A stretch of DNA of 64,000 nt, taken from Neophaeotheca triangularis. Lineage: Eukaryota. A program made the translations under genes and the position numbers. The stretch covers positions 186,001 through 250,000 of the forward strand of contig BAAIJX010000002.1 of the NCBI GenBank assembly GCA_054600435.1, in the 5' to 3' direction. Below, piece by piece: positions 36,906-49,660 of this stretch (positions within the stretch are counted from its first letter, which is position 1; every line of letters starts with the position of its first letter). The notes under the pieces are model-generated. The model saw nothing but the letters and a program-made list of their open reading frames with translations. It searched no databases and was not told the origin of the DNA.

Positions 36906-38369
36906 ATGGCTACCAACGGTATCGCGACAACAGACTGGTCCCCTTCCTCGTGGCGTTCAAAGCCGATCAAGCAAGCAGTGGTCTATGAAAACCAGACAGA
37001 AGTCGACCGCGCATCCAAAAAGCTGCGACACTTGCCTCCGGTCGTGACACCAACAGAAATCTGGAGGCTGCGACAATCTCTCAAGGATGTTGCGCTTGGA
37101 AAGGCTTTTCTCTTGCAAGGAGGCGATTGCGCTGAGCTCTTCGACTACTGCCACGATGAAGCCATCGACGCAAAGATCAAACTCCTCTTGCAAATGTCAC
37201 TGGTACTCGTCTGGGGAGGCAACAAGCCCGTCGTCCGCATAGCGAGAATGGCAGGCCAGTACGCCAAGCCCAGGTCGAGCCCAATGGAGACGGTAGATGG
37301 AAAACAGATTCCCAGCTTCAGGGGCGACATCTTGAATGGTTTCCCACAAGAAGAGCGGGACATCGACCCGGATCGCCTAGTCCAAGCCTACTTTCACTCG
37401 GCAGCAACTCTCAACTACCTCCGGGCCCAGCTGGCCAGCGGTATAGCGGATCTCCACCGCCCGCTCGACTGGAACCTCGGTCATGTCGGCGACCCAGCCC
37501 TACAAGAACGCTACACCAAGATCGTCGAGAGCATCAGCGACTCCCTGCGCTTCATGCGAACCGTAGGCGCCGACACGTCAGGCCAGCTCCAAACCGTCGA
37601 CATCTTTACCAGCCACGAAGGCCTGCTCCTCGAGTACGAAGAAGCTCTGACGCGTAACCTGCGCCACCCCTCCAACCGTGACGCCCCTGCACCAGCTCCC
37701 GCCAAAACCCCCAAAGTCTCTTCCCTAACCGGAGGCGCCCTCACCGACTCCACGAGGTCTCAAACCCAGCCCGCCGACTCAACAGGCCACTACAATACCT
37801 CCACCCACTTCATTTGGGTCGGCGACCGCACGCGCCAGCCCGACCACGCGCACATCGAGTACCTCCGCGGCATCGAGAACCCCATCGGCATCAAAGTCGG
37901 CCCCACAACCTCCACATCCGACTTGATAACCCTGCTCGACACCGTGAACCCGCGCAAAGAAATTGGCAAGGTCACGCTGATAACGCGGTACGGCGAAAAC
38001 CAAATCGACTCCCTCTTACCCACGCACATCGACGCCGTGAGGCAGTCCGGCCATGTCGTGGTCTGGCAGTGTGACCCCATGCACGGCAACACGCGGTCCA
38101 CGAGCTCGGGAATCAAGACAAGGTCGTTCCAGGCGATTCTTTCTGAGCTCTCGTCCGCTTTGCGGATTCACAAGGAGGTTGGCAGCTTCCTCGGTGGCGT
38201 GCATTTGGAATTGACTGGTGATGCTGTGACGGAATGTACGGGTGGCAGTCAGGGATTGCAGGACGAGGATCTGGGCTCGAGGTACGAGACTTTCTGCGAC
38301 CCGAGGTTGAACGAGAAGCAGGCGCTTGAGTTGGCGTTTTTGGTCGCTGGGAGTTTGAGGGAGGGCTGA
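36906..38369 (+). CDS. Class II DAHP synthase
   Basis: LLQGGDCAE, RMAGQYAKPRS, WVGDRTRQ, CDPMHGNT, CDPRLN motifs. Confidence 0.95.
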   Translation: MATNGIATTDWSPSSWRSKPIKQAVVYENQTEVDRASKKLRHLPPVVTPTEIWRLRQSLKDVALGKAFLLQGGDCAELFDYCHDEAIDAKIKLLLQMSLVLVWGGNKPVVRIARMAGQYAKPRSSPMETVDGKQIPSFRGDILNGFPQEERDIDPDRLVQAYFHSAATLNYLRAQLASGIADLHRPLDWNLGHVGDPALQERYTKIVESISDSLRFMRTVGADTSGQLQTVDIFTSHEGLLLEYEEALTRNLRHPSNRDAPAPAPAKTPKVSSLTGGALTDSTRSQTQPADSTGHYNTSTHFIWVGDRTRQPDHAHIEYLRGIENPIGIKVGPTTSTSDLITLLDTVNPRKEIGKVTLITRYGENQIDSLLPTHIDAVRQSGHVVVWQCDPMHGNTRSTSSGIKTRSFQAILSELSSALRIHKEVGSFLGGVHLELTGDAVTECTGGSQGLQDEDLGSRYETFCDPRLNEKQALELAFLVAGSLREG

Positions 38370-38555
38370 AGAGCATTGCGGGAAGCTTAGGTGGCGAGCA
38401 GAGAGAATAGAAAAGCAGATGTTTCATTGATGCAGCGAGCGCGTGATAGGTATCTCGAACGGTAAGGAAGAAAAGCCAATTTGGCAAGCAAGAAAACACC
38501 CTGGCGAACGCCAAAACCCAGTTCCTAGCCCTTCCAAAGTGACAGTCTTGCCTCC

Positions 38556-41500
38556 TCAAGCACCTTTCCAGAACGTCAACCGCCTATTTCCACCCTTTTC
38601 ACCCTTCAGTTCCAGTTTCCTCACGCGATTCATAGGCGCAGTCTGCTGCACCAACTTCTCTGGCGCGCCAATCCAATCCGGCGTGATAGGCGAGTCACCC
38701 CAGTTTTCCTTGCCCTCGTCTCCGACCTGCGCTTTCGGCGTCTCGTCTCCTTCCGTTACCTCGCTTTCATCATCCGCTCCACCCTGCTTGACAGGTGAGG
38801 GCTCCATAAATCTCACCGCCGACTTCCCCAGCGAAGAGCGCCCGAGACTGCTCTTGCGATTCTTAACCACGTTCCCGTTGACATTTACCAGCGCATTCGG
38901 CTCCATAGATTTACGCCTTCTCTTTCCGCCCCTAGGCACTTCCTCGACGTCAACCGCATACTTCTCATCTTCTTCTCCAACGTGCGCGCCTTCGGCATCA
39001 CAGTCGCTGACCCAGCGGCTACTGACGCAGTGGATAACTTTTCCGTCTCCAGCGTTCTTGTTGTGCAAGCGAACGCGTTGTAGGGTAGTGGGCGACCCAT
39101 CTTTGAAGATGACGTGCGTGATGCCATCCCTCCAGACTTTGGTGGTTTTGGCTCCCAAGCGGTGGAGGAGGACAATAAAGGGCGAAGAGGCTGATGCACC
39201 TTCAAGGGTGAAGATCTCGACGAGAGCGAGCACGCCGCGGAGAGGTGCCGAGGGGTGCGGTGTCATGGGAATGTTAGCCCCGGGAGTCTCTGCAGCGGGC
39301 TTTAGAGGGGTCTTCATTGGTGTCTCGACCGAGGCTTTGAGGGCCACTTTGCGGAGTGAGGTCGGCTTATGGGCGGTTGCTGGGCGTTTCATAGGACTCT
39401 TGGAGGGTGTACGGAAGCGAGACGGCGCAGCTACCGTAGTTGCGTGGGAAACATAACTTTGGCGGTTCATGCGCGGAAAGCGGTCAACGACGTCTGACTG
39501 GGGTGTCTCTTGCGGCGGGGACCTGGCTGCCTCTGCTGTTGGAGGAGTGACCTTTGCTGGAGACGGCGTTGCAGCCATGGGTGCAGGGGTCGTCTTCGTG
39601 GGGCTTGCTGAAGCTCGCACCCTCGACTTCGGGGTGGTCTGAGGCGTCTTGCGTGGCGAAACCTGATTGTATGCAGTGGAGTGAACCTGTTTGGCTGGAG
39701 TCATCCCGAACTGACTTTGCCTCACGCTCCTGGGGTACCGCTCACGGGGTGTTGCCTGAGGTGTAGGTTGTGGTTCTGGGGTCGTTCCGGGCATATCTTG
39801 TTGCGGAGTTGACCCGGCTTCACCATTACCGGGTTCTCCATACATGGCGCCGCGTTTAGCGCTCTTCGGGTACCGCTCGCCAGGCGTCTTCGTTGGAGTA
39901 GGGTCGACTGGAGTCGAAGACTTCGCAGAAGCTGGCGACTGAGCTGGCTGAGAGTTTCTAGCAATACTCGTCTTGTGGGCGCTATTGGGAGTAGTCACAA
40001 CGCTCGACTTCCTTGCAGCCAAGCCTGGGGCGTGAGGTAACATGCTCTTGCGTCTCGCACCTGGCGATGCATGCAGTGCAGTAGCAACAACGGGTTTCCT
40101 TTCGACAGAACCATATCCGCCATAAGAGGTGGCGGATCGTTTGACGCTAGGCGAAGATTGGGGTGTCACTGTGGTTGTCTGCCCTCGCCGCTCACTACGA
40201 ACAAACGGATTCGCCAGACGCGCTATGCTCGCGCCGTCAGATGTGTGTGGCCGTGTACCGGTGCCGGTTGGGGTTTTATGGAGGAAAGCTGGCAGGGATT
40301 TGCGTCTGGCATCAAAGGAGATGGTCGGCAGAGCATAGTGAGGCGTGTCAGGCTGCAGGGTGTCTTCGCAAAGAGTCTCTGTTCGCTCAGGTGTAGAGAA
40401 GGAGATGTCGATCTCGCTAGCTTGCCTCGACAGTGCTGCTGATGCAGGGGACCCTGCGACATTCTCCTCGCTGCTAATATCTACATCAGCGCTCTCACCG
40501 GCACCATCAGCATGTTCAGGCTTAGCCTCATCAGCTGCTGCTGGCAGCTCGCGTGATGCTTCGTCACTATGCGAGCACAACGAGATGTCAACACTCGACG
40601 CTTGATCGCCTCCACTCCCATCCTGTAGGGTGATGCTCAGCCTAGCGGTCGGCTCTGCGAGTGCATTGACGTCCAGGAACTCGCTCATATTGAGCGTCTG
40701 CTCTAACTCATCGAAAGCCTCTTCGGCTGCGGCAGGCTCAAGATCCAAGATAGCCTCTGCGCTCCGATCCTTCAAGAAGCCAGTAGATGGATCGATTGCA
40801 TCGTCTTGTCTTGTGGGTACCTGCGCCTCTTCTACCTCCGCAGCTTCACGCTCCAACTGCTGCTGGCCAACACCAGTCAGATGCCAGTCAAAATTCACGG
40901 GGATGGTGACATCCTCTCGGATGTTTTGCCAGTCGATAGTCTGAGGCTCGATTTCCGTATCCTCGCCGGTGAAGCTATCATCTTCTTCTTGAATAGTTCC
41001 GTGCTGTACGGGCTTGGGAACTGATTCGAGAAGTCCCGTTGGCTCAGCGAAGTCGTCGTCAATGATCGCGCTCTCGTCCAGATCGGACTCGGTCTGCTCT
41101 TGGGCTAATGGTCGAGGGCTGGCCGCCTGGTGGATCAGAATCGTCTCATTGGGATCGTCCGCGTCCGATAGCATTGTTTCGTCGTCCTGGTGCTTTGTAG
41201 ACTCCGTGCCTGCAGCATTCAAATCATGCACTTCCTCCACGTTGTCCGATGAAGCATTGTTGTCAGCCTTTTGCAAACTGTCTTCGCTATCTGCAACTAA
41301 GGCAGTGCTGGGTTGAACAATCGACTCTGAGTCTGCGAATGAGTGATCGTGGAAAGATGGCGCCTCTCCGAGCTGACTTTCATCATTATCGGCTCCGATG
41401 AGATTGACTGGCTGGCTTGGAACAGGTGACGAAGCAAAGTTTTCTACCTCCTCGCGCATTGCCGGAGGCGACGCAATGTAAGAAATCGTGTCTTCCTCCT

Positions 41501-42722
41501 CGGTCGCAGGCAATTGCTGCTCATTCCTCGCATCGACCGGACCTCTGCCCAAAGGTCGAAACACAAATGCTCTATCAGACCCTCTAGCCACCGTCATAGG
41601 ACGCGCAGCCGAGTTCGGCACAGCAGGTTTCGTGTAGGCCTTTTGCGTTTGGGGTGTACCTGCTCGTTTGGCTTGAGCAGTGGTTCGAAAATCAGGTGTC
41701 TCGAGCCTCGCCTCGCTCTCAATTCTACGAACTGTTCGCTGTACGGATGAGAGGTATCGTCGCTCAGCACCAGGGCTTGACCGCTTCATGGGCGTCTTAG
41801 GTCCGCAGAGTTCGTCTTCCGACTCGTTCGCATCTTCCTCCTCTCGCTCGGCTTCAGAGTCTGCTACACTGGGTGTGTTGGGCTGGCTGTTCTCGTGATC
41901 CTTCTGAGCATTAGAGCTTGGTGCTGGCGATGCGCCTGGGGTCGATGGCCTCGAGCTTATCGTGTCTCCGCCTTCATTGTGCTTCTCAATGGTGCTTCTG
42001 AAGCGTTGCGCTGCGTCTGTGCAAGCTGGCGAGTTGTTCGTCGCGACCTTCTCGTTTTCCTCAGACTCCGTGTCTGAAGGTTCCGCGGCCGCTGTCGGAG
42101 CCAACTCTACCTCCTCATTCTCGTTGGAAACCGCTCTCCGTTTGCCGCGCGTTCTGGTTGTTGGCTGCGACCGCAGATTCTTTGCGGTCTCCTGTTTGTC
42201 GTTCTGGTTCTTTCCTGTTCTGGTAGATGCCTTTGAAATCTGTGTGATTTTCTTGGGGGAAAGTGGCGCCGATTTTGTTGTTGTGGCTCTCGTTGCTCGG
42301 GTCGCTCGGGTCGCAGGTTCTGTCGCCTTGGCTAAAGGAGGGTCAGGCTGTACCTCGACTCTGGTCTTCCTAGTAGTCGATTTGCGCGTTGGCTTCGCCT
42401 CGGTTTCTGCAGGTCGCGATTCGTCTTCCTCTTGTGGTTCCTGTTTGCCCCGTGTTCCCGTTGCGCGCGTTGTCCTTGCTGGCTTGACGGTTTTTGGCTT
42501 CGCTTCTTCATCTTCGATGACTTCTTCCTCCTGTGCGGGCTCTTCAACTATCTTCTTCGGTCTTCCCGGTCGTTTCTTGGGCGCTTCTGTGCTGGGTTTC
42601 GCTGCTGCCGTCTTTGCTGCCGTCGCCTTGCGTACAGGCTTCTTCCGTAGCGACAGATGCTCAGGCGGGGCGCTCATGTCTTGTTCGGGAGCCGTCTGGG
42701 CTCCTCTCCGTGTCGAAACCAT
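38556..42722 (-). CDS. Large disordered protein with C-terminal microcephalin-like BRCT domain
   Basis: PLRGVLALVEI..LGAK..W...ITHVIFKDGSPTTL..CVSSRWVSDC; many S/TP sites; MVSTRR N-terminus. Confidence 0.85.
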   Translation of the reverse strand: MVSTRRGAQTAPEQDMSAPPEHLSLRKKPVRKATAAKTAAAKPSTEAPKKRPGRPKKIVEEPAQEEEVIEDEEAKPKTVKPARTTRATGTRGKQEPQEEDESRPAETEAKPTRKSTTRKTRVEVQPDPPLAKATEPATRATRATRATTTKSAPLSPKKITQISKASTRTGKNQNDKQETAKNLRSQPTTRTRGKRRAVSNENEEVELAPTAAAEPSDTESEENEKVATNNSPACTDAAQRFRSTIEKHNEGGDTISSRPSTPGASPAPSSNAQKDHENSQPNTPSVADSEAEREEEDANESEDELCGPKTPMKRSSPGAERRYLSSVQRTVRRIESEARLETPDFRTTAQAKRAGTPQTQKAYTKPAVPNSAARPMTVARGSDRAFVFRPLGRGPVDARNEQQLPATEEEDTISYIASPPAMREEVENFASSPVPSQPVNLIGADNDESQLGEAPSFHDHSFADSESIVQPSTALVADSEDSLQKADNNASSDNVEEVHDLNAAGTESTKHQDDETMLSDADDPNETILIHQAASPRPLAQEQTESDLDESAIIDDDFAEPTGLLESVPKPVQHGTIQEEDDSFTGEDTEIEPQTIDWQNIREDVTIPVNFDWHLTGVGQQQLEREAAEVEEAQVPTRQDDAIDPSTGFLKDRSAEAILDLEPAAAEEAFDELEQTLNMSEFLDVNALAEPTARLSITLQDGSGGDQASSVDISLCSHSDEASRELPAAADEAKPEHADGAGESADVDISSEENVAGSPASAALSRQASEIDISFSTPERTETLCEDTLQPDTPHYALPTISFDARRKSLPAFLHKTPTGTGTRPHTSDGASIARLANPFVRSERRGQTTTVTPQSSPSVKRSATSYGGYGSVERKPVVATALHASPGARRKSMLPHAPGLAARKSSVVTTPNSAHKTSIARNSQPAQSPASAKSSTPVDPTPTKTPGERYPKSAKRGAMYGEPGNGEAGSTPQQDMPGTTPEPQPTPQATPRERYPRSVRQSQFGMTPAKQVHSTAYNQVSPRKTPQTTPKSRVRASASPTKTTPAPMAATPSPAKVTPPTAEAARSPPQETPQSDVVDRFPRMNRQSYVSHATTVAAPSRFRTPSKSPMKRPATAHKPTSLRKVALKASVETPMKTPLKPAAETPGANIPMTPHPSAPLRGVLALVEIFTLEGASASSPFIVLLHRLGAKTTKVWRDGITHVIFKDGSPTTLQRVRLHNKNAGDGKVIHCVSSRWVSDCDAEGAHVGEEDEKYAVDVEEVPRGGKRRRKSMEPNALVNVNGNVVKNRKSSLGRSSLGKSAVRFMEPSPVKQGGADDESEVTEGDETPKAQVGDEGKENWGDSPITPDWIGAPEKLVQQTAPMNRVRKLELKGEKGGNRRLTFWKGA

Positions 42723-43439
42723 GCTTGTTCTACTATGCTGTACTAACTATTCATTAACACTGGTCGTAGCTAAGCTGGGAAGGTGCACCTTGAATATCTC
42801 GGTAAGTGTTGGTCTTGTTTACAAACAGTAAGCTCGGACCCCAGCAACAATCACGGATGCGGGGGATCCCGAAGCTAACGACACAAGCGCCTTGGCACCC
42901 TCCCTGCTCGCAGACCTCATCTCCAGCGATGCGGGCACGGGTTAGAGTTTGGTTTCAAGAGGCGCACTTGTCGCTCGACATTTAGTCGGATCGAGACAAT
43001 TGAGATACCCACCTGCGTCCCTTGCTGGCGTGATCGATCGTATCTTGACAATACCAGTGCTCATAGCGCCGTGGCAGTGTTTCTCGAATCTGTGCCAGCG
43101 TACAAAGAAGCCAGAGCAGCTTTGATAGGTTTGAGGGACGTGAATACAAGATGTACAATACATGCATAGAGCAGCTCGTACAGCACTCAGGATGTCAGCC
43201 GTCCCGTAGGGATATGATCAGAGGATACCATCGATCACTGCTCGACATACCTCCTAGACGGCGCTGAGTTGTACGCCGGGAATAAGGTGTCCGGCTATAA
43301 CGACAGACTGCTGAATCCCCGCCTCGAAGACTTGATGTCGACCACCATCATCTTCACCCAATATTAACCCATCTCAGAACGAACGACATAGGCCATAAAA
43401 ACCGTGAAAGAAGAATAGAAGCTACCCCTGAAAGCAAAG

Positions 43440-45602
43440 ATGGCCGATAACGGATCGACAGCAGAGCTACTCTGGCAGCCCCCAATGAAAGGCAACACAC
43501 CAATGGATACCTACCGCCACCACGTCAACCAACGCTTCTCACAAAACCTCCGGACTACCAAAGACCTGCACAGATGGAGCGTCACAGACCCACAAAACTT
43601 CTGGTCCGATCTCTACAGCCATCTAAAACTTACTCCGGCTCTTCCTCCAAACCTAACAGACGCCTACGACCCCACTGCTCCCATTTCTTCCAACCCCCCT
43701 TTCTTCCCCGGTCTTAAACTGAACTACGCCGAGAACGCTCTCTTCGCAAACCCAGACCCCGAAGCTACGGCTTTGATTGGTCTGCGCGAGGGTCAGGATC
43801 TCGACGGCGGTGCAGAGGAAATCCTCTCCTGGCGAGAGTTCCGCGACAGGGTGCGTCTTACGGCGAGCGCCCTCCGCAGGAAAGGAGTCAAGCCTGGTGA
43901 CCGCGTTGCCGCTCTTGTGGCTACTTCTGTCTGGGCGATGGTGCTCTTCCACGCCAGCGCGAGCGTAGGGGCAATATTCACTTCTATCTCGCCAGAGCTG
44001 GGCCTGGAGGGCTGTGTTTCGCGCTTACAGCAGGTGACGCCGAGGATCTTATTTGCGGATGGCGATGCTGTGTACAAGGGTAAAAGTGTTTCGACAATCG
44101 AGAAGGTGCAGAAGATCCTGCAGAGGTTGACGCCGAGGCCGATGGCTTTCATCGTTCCTATTGAATCCGAGCAGCGTATTTTACCGAATATCCAGGAGAT
44201 TCTGAAGGCCGCGGACGAAAGCGATGCGCTGGTATTCGAGCGGGTGCCGTTCAATGCCCCCTTGCTGATATGTTATTCTTCTGGCACGACTGGAGCGCCA
44301 AAATGCATAGTGCATCAACACGGCATCATCCTACAGCTGAAGAGTAATCCCGACCCCCAAACCCGCAAGCCATGGGACGAGCCCAAAGCTAACGAGAACA
44401 AATCACAGAAATCTCCGTCTTACATAACTCCATGACTCCTGCAGATACCATCCTCCAATATAGCTCCACCTCCTGGGTCGTCTTCTACATCATGTGCGGC
44501 CATTTCTCGACCGGGGCAAGAGTGATTGCATACTCGGGAAGCCCCACGTACCCATCTGTCGACCACCTCCTCCGCATGGCAGCCAAATACCGCGCGACCT
44601 TCTTCGGCACCTCACCCCGCTACCTGCTCGAACTCGAAATGGCCAAGACAGTCCCCAAGACCGATTTCGACCTCAGCAATCTACGAATGGTTTACACCAC
44701 CGGCGCCACGCTCTCCGCAAACCAATACAAATGGTTCTACAGCGCCTTCCCGCCTTCCGTACACCTCTGCAACACGGCCGGAGGCACGGACACCGCAACG
44801 TCGCTTATTGCCGCCGACCCGTGCGGTCCTATATACTCTGGGCAGATGCAAATCTTCGGCCTGGGCATGGATGTTGACGTAGCGGATCCAGAGACCGGGA
44901 AGAGCATCTTGCACACCGGTGAAGCAGGCGAGATGGTCATTCGAAAGCCGTACCCGAGTATGCCGTGTTTCTTCTGGGGAGATAAGGATGGGAGTCTGTA
45001 CCGGAGTAGCTATTTCGAGCGGTTTGCGGACGTGGATGTATGGGCGCAGCACGATTGGCTGAGCTGCGACGCGCGGACTGGAGGCTATATTATGCACGGG
45101 AGGTCGGATGGGGTGTTGAGTATGTTTGCCCGCGATAACGCTCAATTAGTCGTTGATGAGAAAATCGCTGACTTCGTTGTTGCAAGATCCGAGCGGTATA
45201 CGATTCGGCTCCAGTGAGATTTACTCGGTTGTTGAAGCGCCGCCTTTCACTTCCGTCCTCACCAATACGCTGTGTGTTGGGCGACGACGACCGCAGGACC
45301 GCGATGAAGAAGTTTTCCTCTTCGTCGTGCCGAAGAAGGCGAACGAGTTCACACCCGCTCTGGCGCAGCAGCTGAGGACCGCGATCCGCGAAGCACTCTC
45401 GCCTCGACACGTGCCTGCATTCGTCTTAGAAGTCCCCGATATCCCTGTGACCATCAATGGTAAAAAGGTCGAGCAGGCCGTCAAAAAAGTCATCAGCGGC
45501 GTAGATGTTGTCCCAAGTAACACAGTGGCGAATCCGGAGTCCATAGAGGTTTTCAAGCAGTTCAGGCAACTTGAAAGGCAGCCGAGGGCGTCGAAACTGT
45601 AG
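43440..45602 (+). CDS. Acetoacetyl-CoA synthetase, ends in SKL
   Basis: LNYAENAL, YSSGTTGAPKCIVH, GGTD, WAQHD, GRSDGVLNPSGIRFGSSEIY; introns 44344-44408 and 45120-45186. Confidence 0.92.
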
Positions 45603-45695
45603 AAAGGGGAGCTGAGGTGGGTATTGTTACACTTATATACAGACACGATGAATCTAAACCAGTAACAAGGCCAACGCGAGAATGCCACTGCTAGC

Positions 45696-48600
45696 TCACG
45701 ATTGAGGCCTCCTCCTCCAAACCTTAGGCCTAATCCTCCCTGGCTTCCTCTTTATGCCCGGAACGTCAGCGCCTATCTCCTCATTCAAACCCTGCATCGC
45801 CTCGAGCAAAGTCTCGTCGTCCAGGTCGTCCGGCATCCTACCGTCGTCTGCTTCGAGATCGGCCTCGTCAAGGTCAGCAAGGTCTTCCATGCCCTCTTCG
45901 TACTCCTCATCGTCATCTTCCTCATCTTCCTCATCGGGATTCTCACCAATCATCTCTTGGCACACTGCCTCGCAGCGGTTGCACACATCGTCCTTTTCCG
46001 GGGCCGTGTACTGCCAGCAACGAAGACACTTTTCGCCTTCCGGCGGCAAGATTACAGCTTTGGCGAAGGAAGAATCCTCGGGCGTGCCCACGTCGAAGAG
46101 CTGCTCGAAGCGCCAGTTGATAGCGTCGCTGGGAGCCTTTGGCTCTTGCGACAAGTCATTGCTGTTGGCGGTCTTGACTTCGGCGTCGCTCAGCACGAGC
46201 AGACTTGCGAGTTGATGGGTCTTGTCGAGACCGGTGAAAAGCTCTTGGGCCGAAGATGCGATGCGTTGCGGCAATAGGATCTCGACTCTACAGGCCAGGC
46301 CACTGCCAATCTTTCCAGAAGTGCGCGCTTCTTCCTGAGCGGTCTTGACAGCCCTACTCAGCCTGCCATAGTATTCAATCCTAGCCTCCATTACAGCCGT
46401 CTCTTCGTCTGATACGGGCCCTATCCTCATCTGCGTCTTCCGCAGAGGGTGCAGGTCCATATCAACAAAGCCTCTGTGTACCATGTGCGAAGAGCCGTCT
46501 TCTTGCTGCTCTTCCACCGGAGGCTCGCTGGTCTTCAAAGACAAAGGCATGTGCTCCCAGACCTCCTCGACCAGGTGGGGCGTAATCGGCGCTAGCCATT
46601 GCAGCATCTCATTGAAGATACTGCTCAAGATGGCCTGCGTGTGCAGCCGCTCGTCGGTGGAGCCTGCGTACATGCGATCTTTGATGACCTCGAAGTAGAA
46701 AGCCGAGAGGTCTGTGTTGATGAAGGCGTTTATTTCAGCAATACCTTTATGGAAGTGAGATTCATCATAGGCGCTGTAGACTCGCCGACTGCGCTTGCGG
46801 AATTGATAGATGATGTATTGGTCCGCAAAGCTGTAATCCCTCAGGTAGGCTGGGTTTGTAGTCGGGTGCGGGTACTTGTTAAGCAGGCCGAGCATATACT
46901 TCATCGTCACGCGATATTTTTGCATGGCTTGCTGAATGCTTTGGAGTACGGATTGCGAAACAGCGACATCCTTGGTGTAGTCGGAGCTAGCAGCCCAAAG
47001 TCGCAAAACATCGGGCCCCATGGAATCGTACTGCGGCTTATAATCCCTCACCGGAGCCTGCCCGTAGGTCTTGCCTTTCTGTTTTTTCGGCTTCATCGGA
47101 GCGAGCAGCGTGCCTGCAATTATTTGCGATGGCGCAATGACGTTTCCGAGGGACTTACTCATCTTGCGACCTTCTGCGTCTAGGACGAAGCCGTGTGTGA
47201 CTAGATTGAGGAAAGGAGCGATGGGTCTTGAGCTCCCTTTCTGGCTAGAAACAAAGGTGAGAAGACTGCTCTGGAACCATCCTCGATGTTGATCCGAACC
47301 CTCGAGGTAGACTTCGGCCGGCGGAATACCCCCTCGCGGTTGGAGAGTCCTCCACGTAGTGCCAGAGTCGAACCAAACATCCATTGTGTCTTTGCCCCTG
47401 ACCCACTCGCCAGGCTCAAGGCTCTCGTGAAGCCACACAGGGTCATCCTCAGCATCAGAAAACCACGCATCTGTGCCACGGTCTTGCATGATGGACATGA
47501 TATGCTCAATGCTGTCTTCCGACAGACAACTCTCTCCGGTGGTCTTGTGGTATAACGCTGGGATCGGCACACCCCACGCTCGTTGCCTGCTTATACACCA
47601 CTGACTGCGTCCTTCGATAAAAGTCCTCAGTCTTGCCCTACCGCTCTCAGGAATGAAGACAACAGACTGGAGAGCAGCAAGTGAGGGTTTTTTGATCGTA
47701 GTCAGATCCGCAAACCATTGGGCAGTAGCGCGAGTCATGACTGGCTGTTTCGTACGCCAGTCAATGGGATTTTTGTGAACAAAATCATGCGCTGCTAAGA
47801 CCAGGCTGCCTTGGGGCATGCCAGGCATCAAGAACTGGGCAGGGGACCTCAAAATCTTGAGCACAGCATCGACGCCCTCGGTCTGCGCATCGAGGCCATT
47901 GAGTGATGACCCTTCCTCCCCATCTGCCGAGAAGGCTTCAACGGTGAATTTGCCAGCATCGTCAACAGGAGCTAGGGCGGGACCGATGCCATGCTTTTGG
48001 CACACTTGGTAATCTTCCATACCGTGACCAGAAGCCATATGGACCAACCCTGTCCCAGAGGTAGCTGTAACAAAATCGGCGTCTACTAGAGGCGACTCTT
48101 TACCTTGGAACAGATTGAAACACGTTGCTGTGCCATCAGCCAATTCAGCCCCGGTGATGGTCGGTACAATGGTCTTGATCCGAGTGTCCTCAAGCAGAAA
48201 GCTTAGCACGTGATCGATTCTCTCTTTTGCGACTAAGAGGCAAGGGCGAGAGTCGACTGCTCCGTCAGAAGACCCATCGATCTGGACTACAGTGTACTCA
48301 ATGTCCTTGTGTACGGCAACGGCCTGATTGGCCGGGAGAGTCCACGGCGTGGTCGTCCAAATTAGCGCTTGTAATCCGGAGGCCTGGGTAATTTGCGCAT
48401 TCGAAGCAAGCGCTTTTGGCATCTTCGTGAAGGGCATCCGGATAAACGCGGCCCTGCAATTGTGGTTGTCGTCGTACTCCAGCTCAGCTTCAGCCAAAGC
48501 AGTCCGTGAGCTTGGTGACCAGTGGACGGGCCGGTGCTCTCTGAATATCAGACCTTAAACAGTCGTCAGCATGTGATACCGCCACGAAGACATGGCAGCG

Positions 48601-49335
48601 TGGGCTGAACTTACCGTTCCGAGCCATGTCTCTGAATATAGACAATTGAAGGATCTCAAAATCCTTGTCCATTGTCTTGTACGGCGTATCCCACTCTCCC
48701 ATGATACCCCAACTTTTGAACGCCATCTTCTGTTCCTCGACTGTCTCATTGGCGACTTCCCTCGCAGCCCTTCGAATATCAACAGCCGTCATTTGAGTGG
48801 ATCTCGCAACTTCAGCCTCCTTTTGTGGTTTGTCTTCCATCGCATTCGCCTGAGCTTCCCGCTCCTTCGATTGTTGCAACGCTTTCAGCTCTATTGGCAA
48901 TCCATGACAATCCCAACCTGGTCTATAAGACACTCGTCTCCCTTTGCCCAGCTGGTGTCGGATGATGACATCCTTGAGCACTTTGTTCAAGGCATGACCT
49001 ACATGCACGGGTCCATTCGCGTATGGCGGTCCATCGTGAAGCACGAACTCATTACTGACATCGACCGCCTCTTCGGTCGAGTCCTCCTCGACTTCGGTAT
49101 GAGTCTTTACTGATATCCGCTTCGTCTTCGGCCGGTTGGCGCGCTGCCACTCGTACAGATTATCTGAGCACCTTCTGCCATACTCTTCCAGTTGTTCGTC
49201 CGATGTCCTGGCAGGGAAAGTTGACTGCGGAAGCGCTATCGTTTGTCTCCAAGGTATCTCTGGAGCCGTGTACGTGTTCTTGGGGTCAAATTCTACCGCG
49301 GCGCATAACCTTCGCGTCGCTCGAAAGAAGCGCAT
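45696..49335 (-). CDS. ISM1: Mitochondrial isoleucyl-tRNA synthetase
   Basis: LHDGPPYANGPVHVGH, WCISRQR, KMSKS, C-terminal CxxC..CxxC; Arg-rich presequence MRFFRATRRL; intron 48554-48614. Confidence 0.95.
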
Positions 49336-49660
49336 GCTAAGGAGTGTCGAGGGTTTAGTACATGGCTTCTGGGATGTCCTTGTCCTGGCAATTAAAAAGG
49401 TGCGGCGATGTTGGAACAAGTGTAATTCGAAGTACTGAAATGCATCACCTGCATGCACTTTGTCTCATCTCTAGCCTCAGCGTAGATTGTACATACCTCC
49501 TAGCCGTGCACTAGCGTGTGTAGGTTGTGAGCCAATTAGAACCAACGCTCGGCATTCCATCAAAGTACTCCGACTGGCCACTTTCCACCTCTCCTTTAGA
49601 CTGACTACCTAATGTATGAGTGTTATGCTCGTCTCGACGTGAAAGATCCCGGTCAGGATC

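Noticed and set aside
36906..45602. Secondary-metabolite cluster around DAHP synthase and CoA ligase
   Set aside because: No PKS/NRPS or tailoring genes; neighbours are housekeeping.
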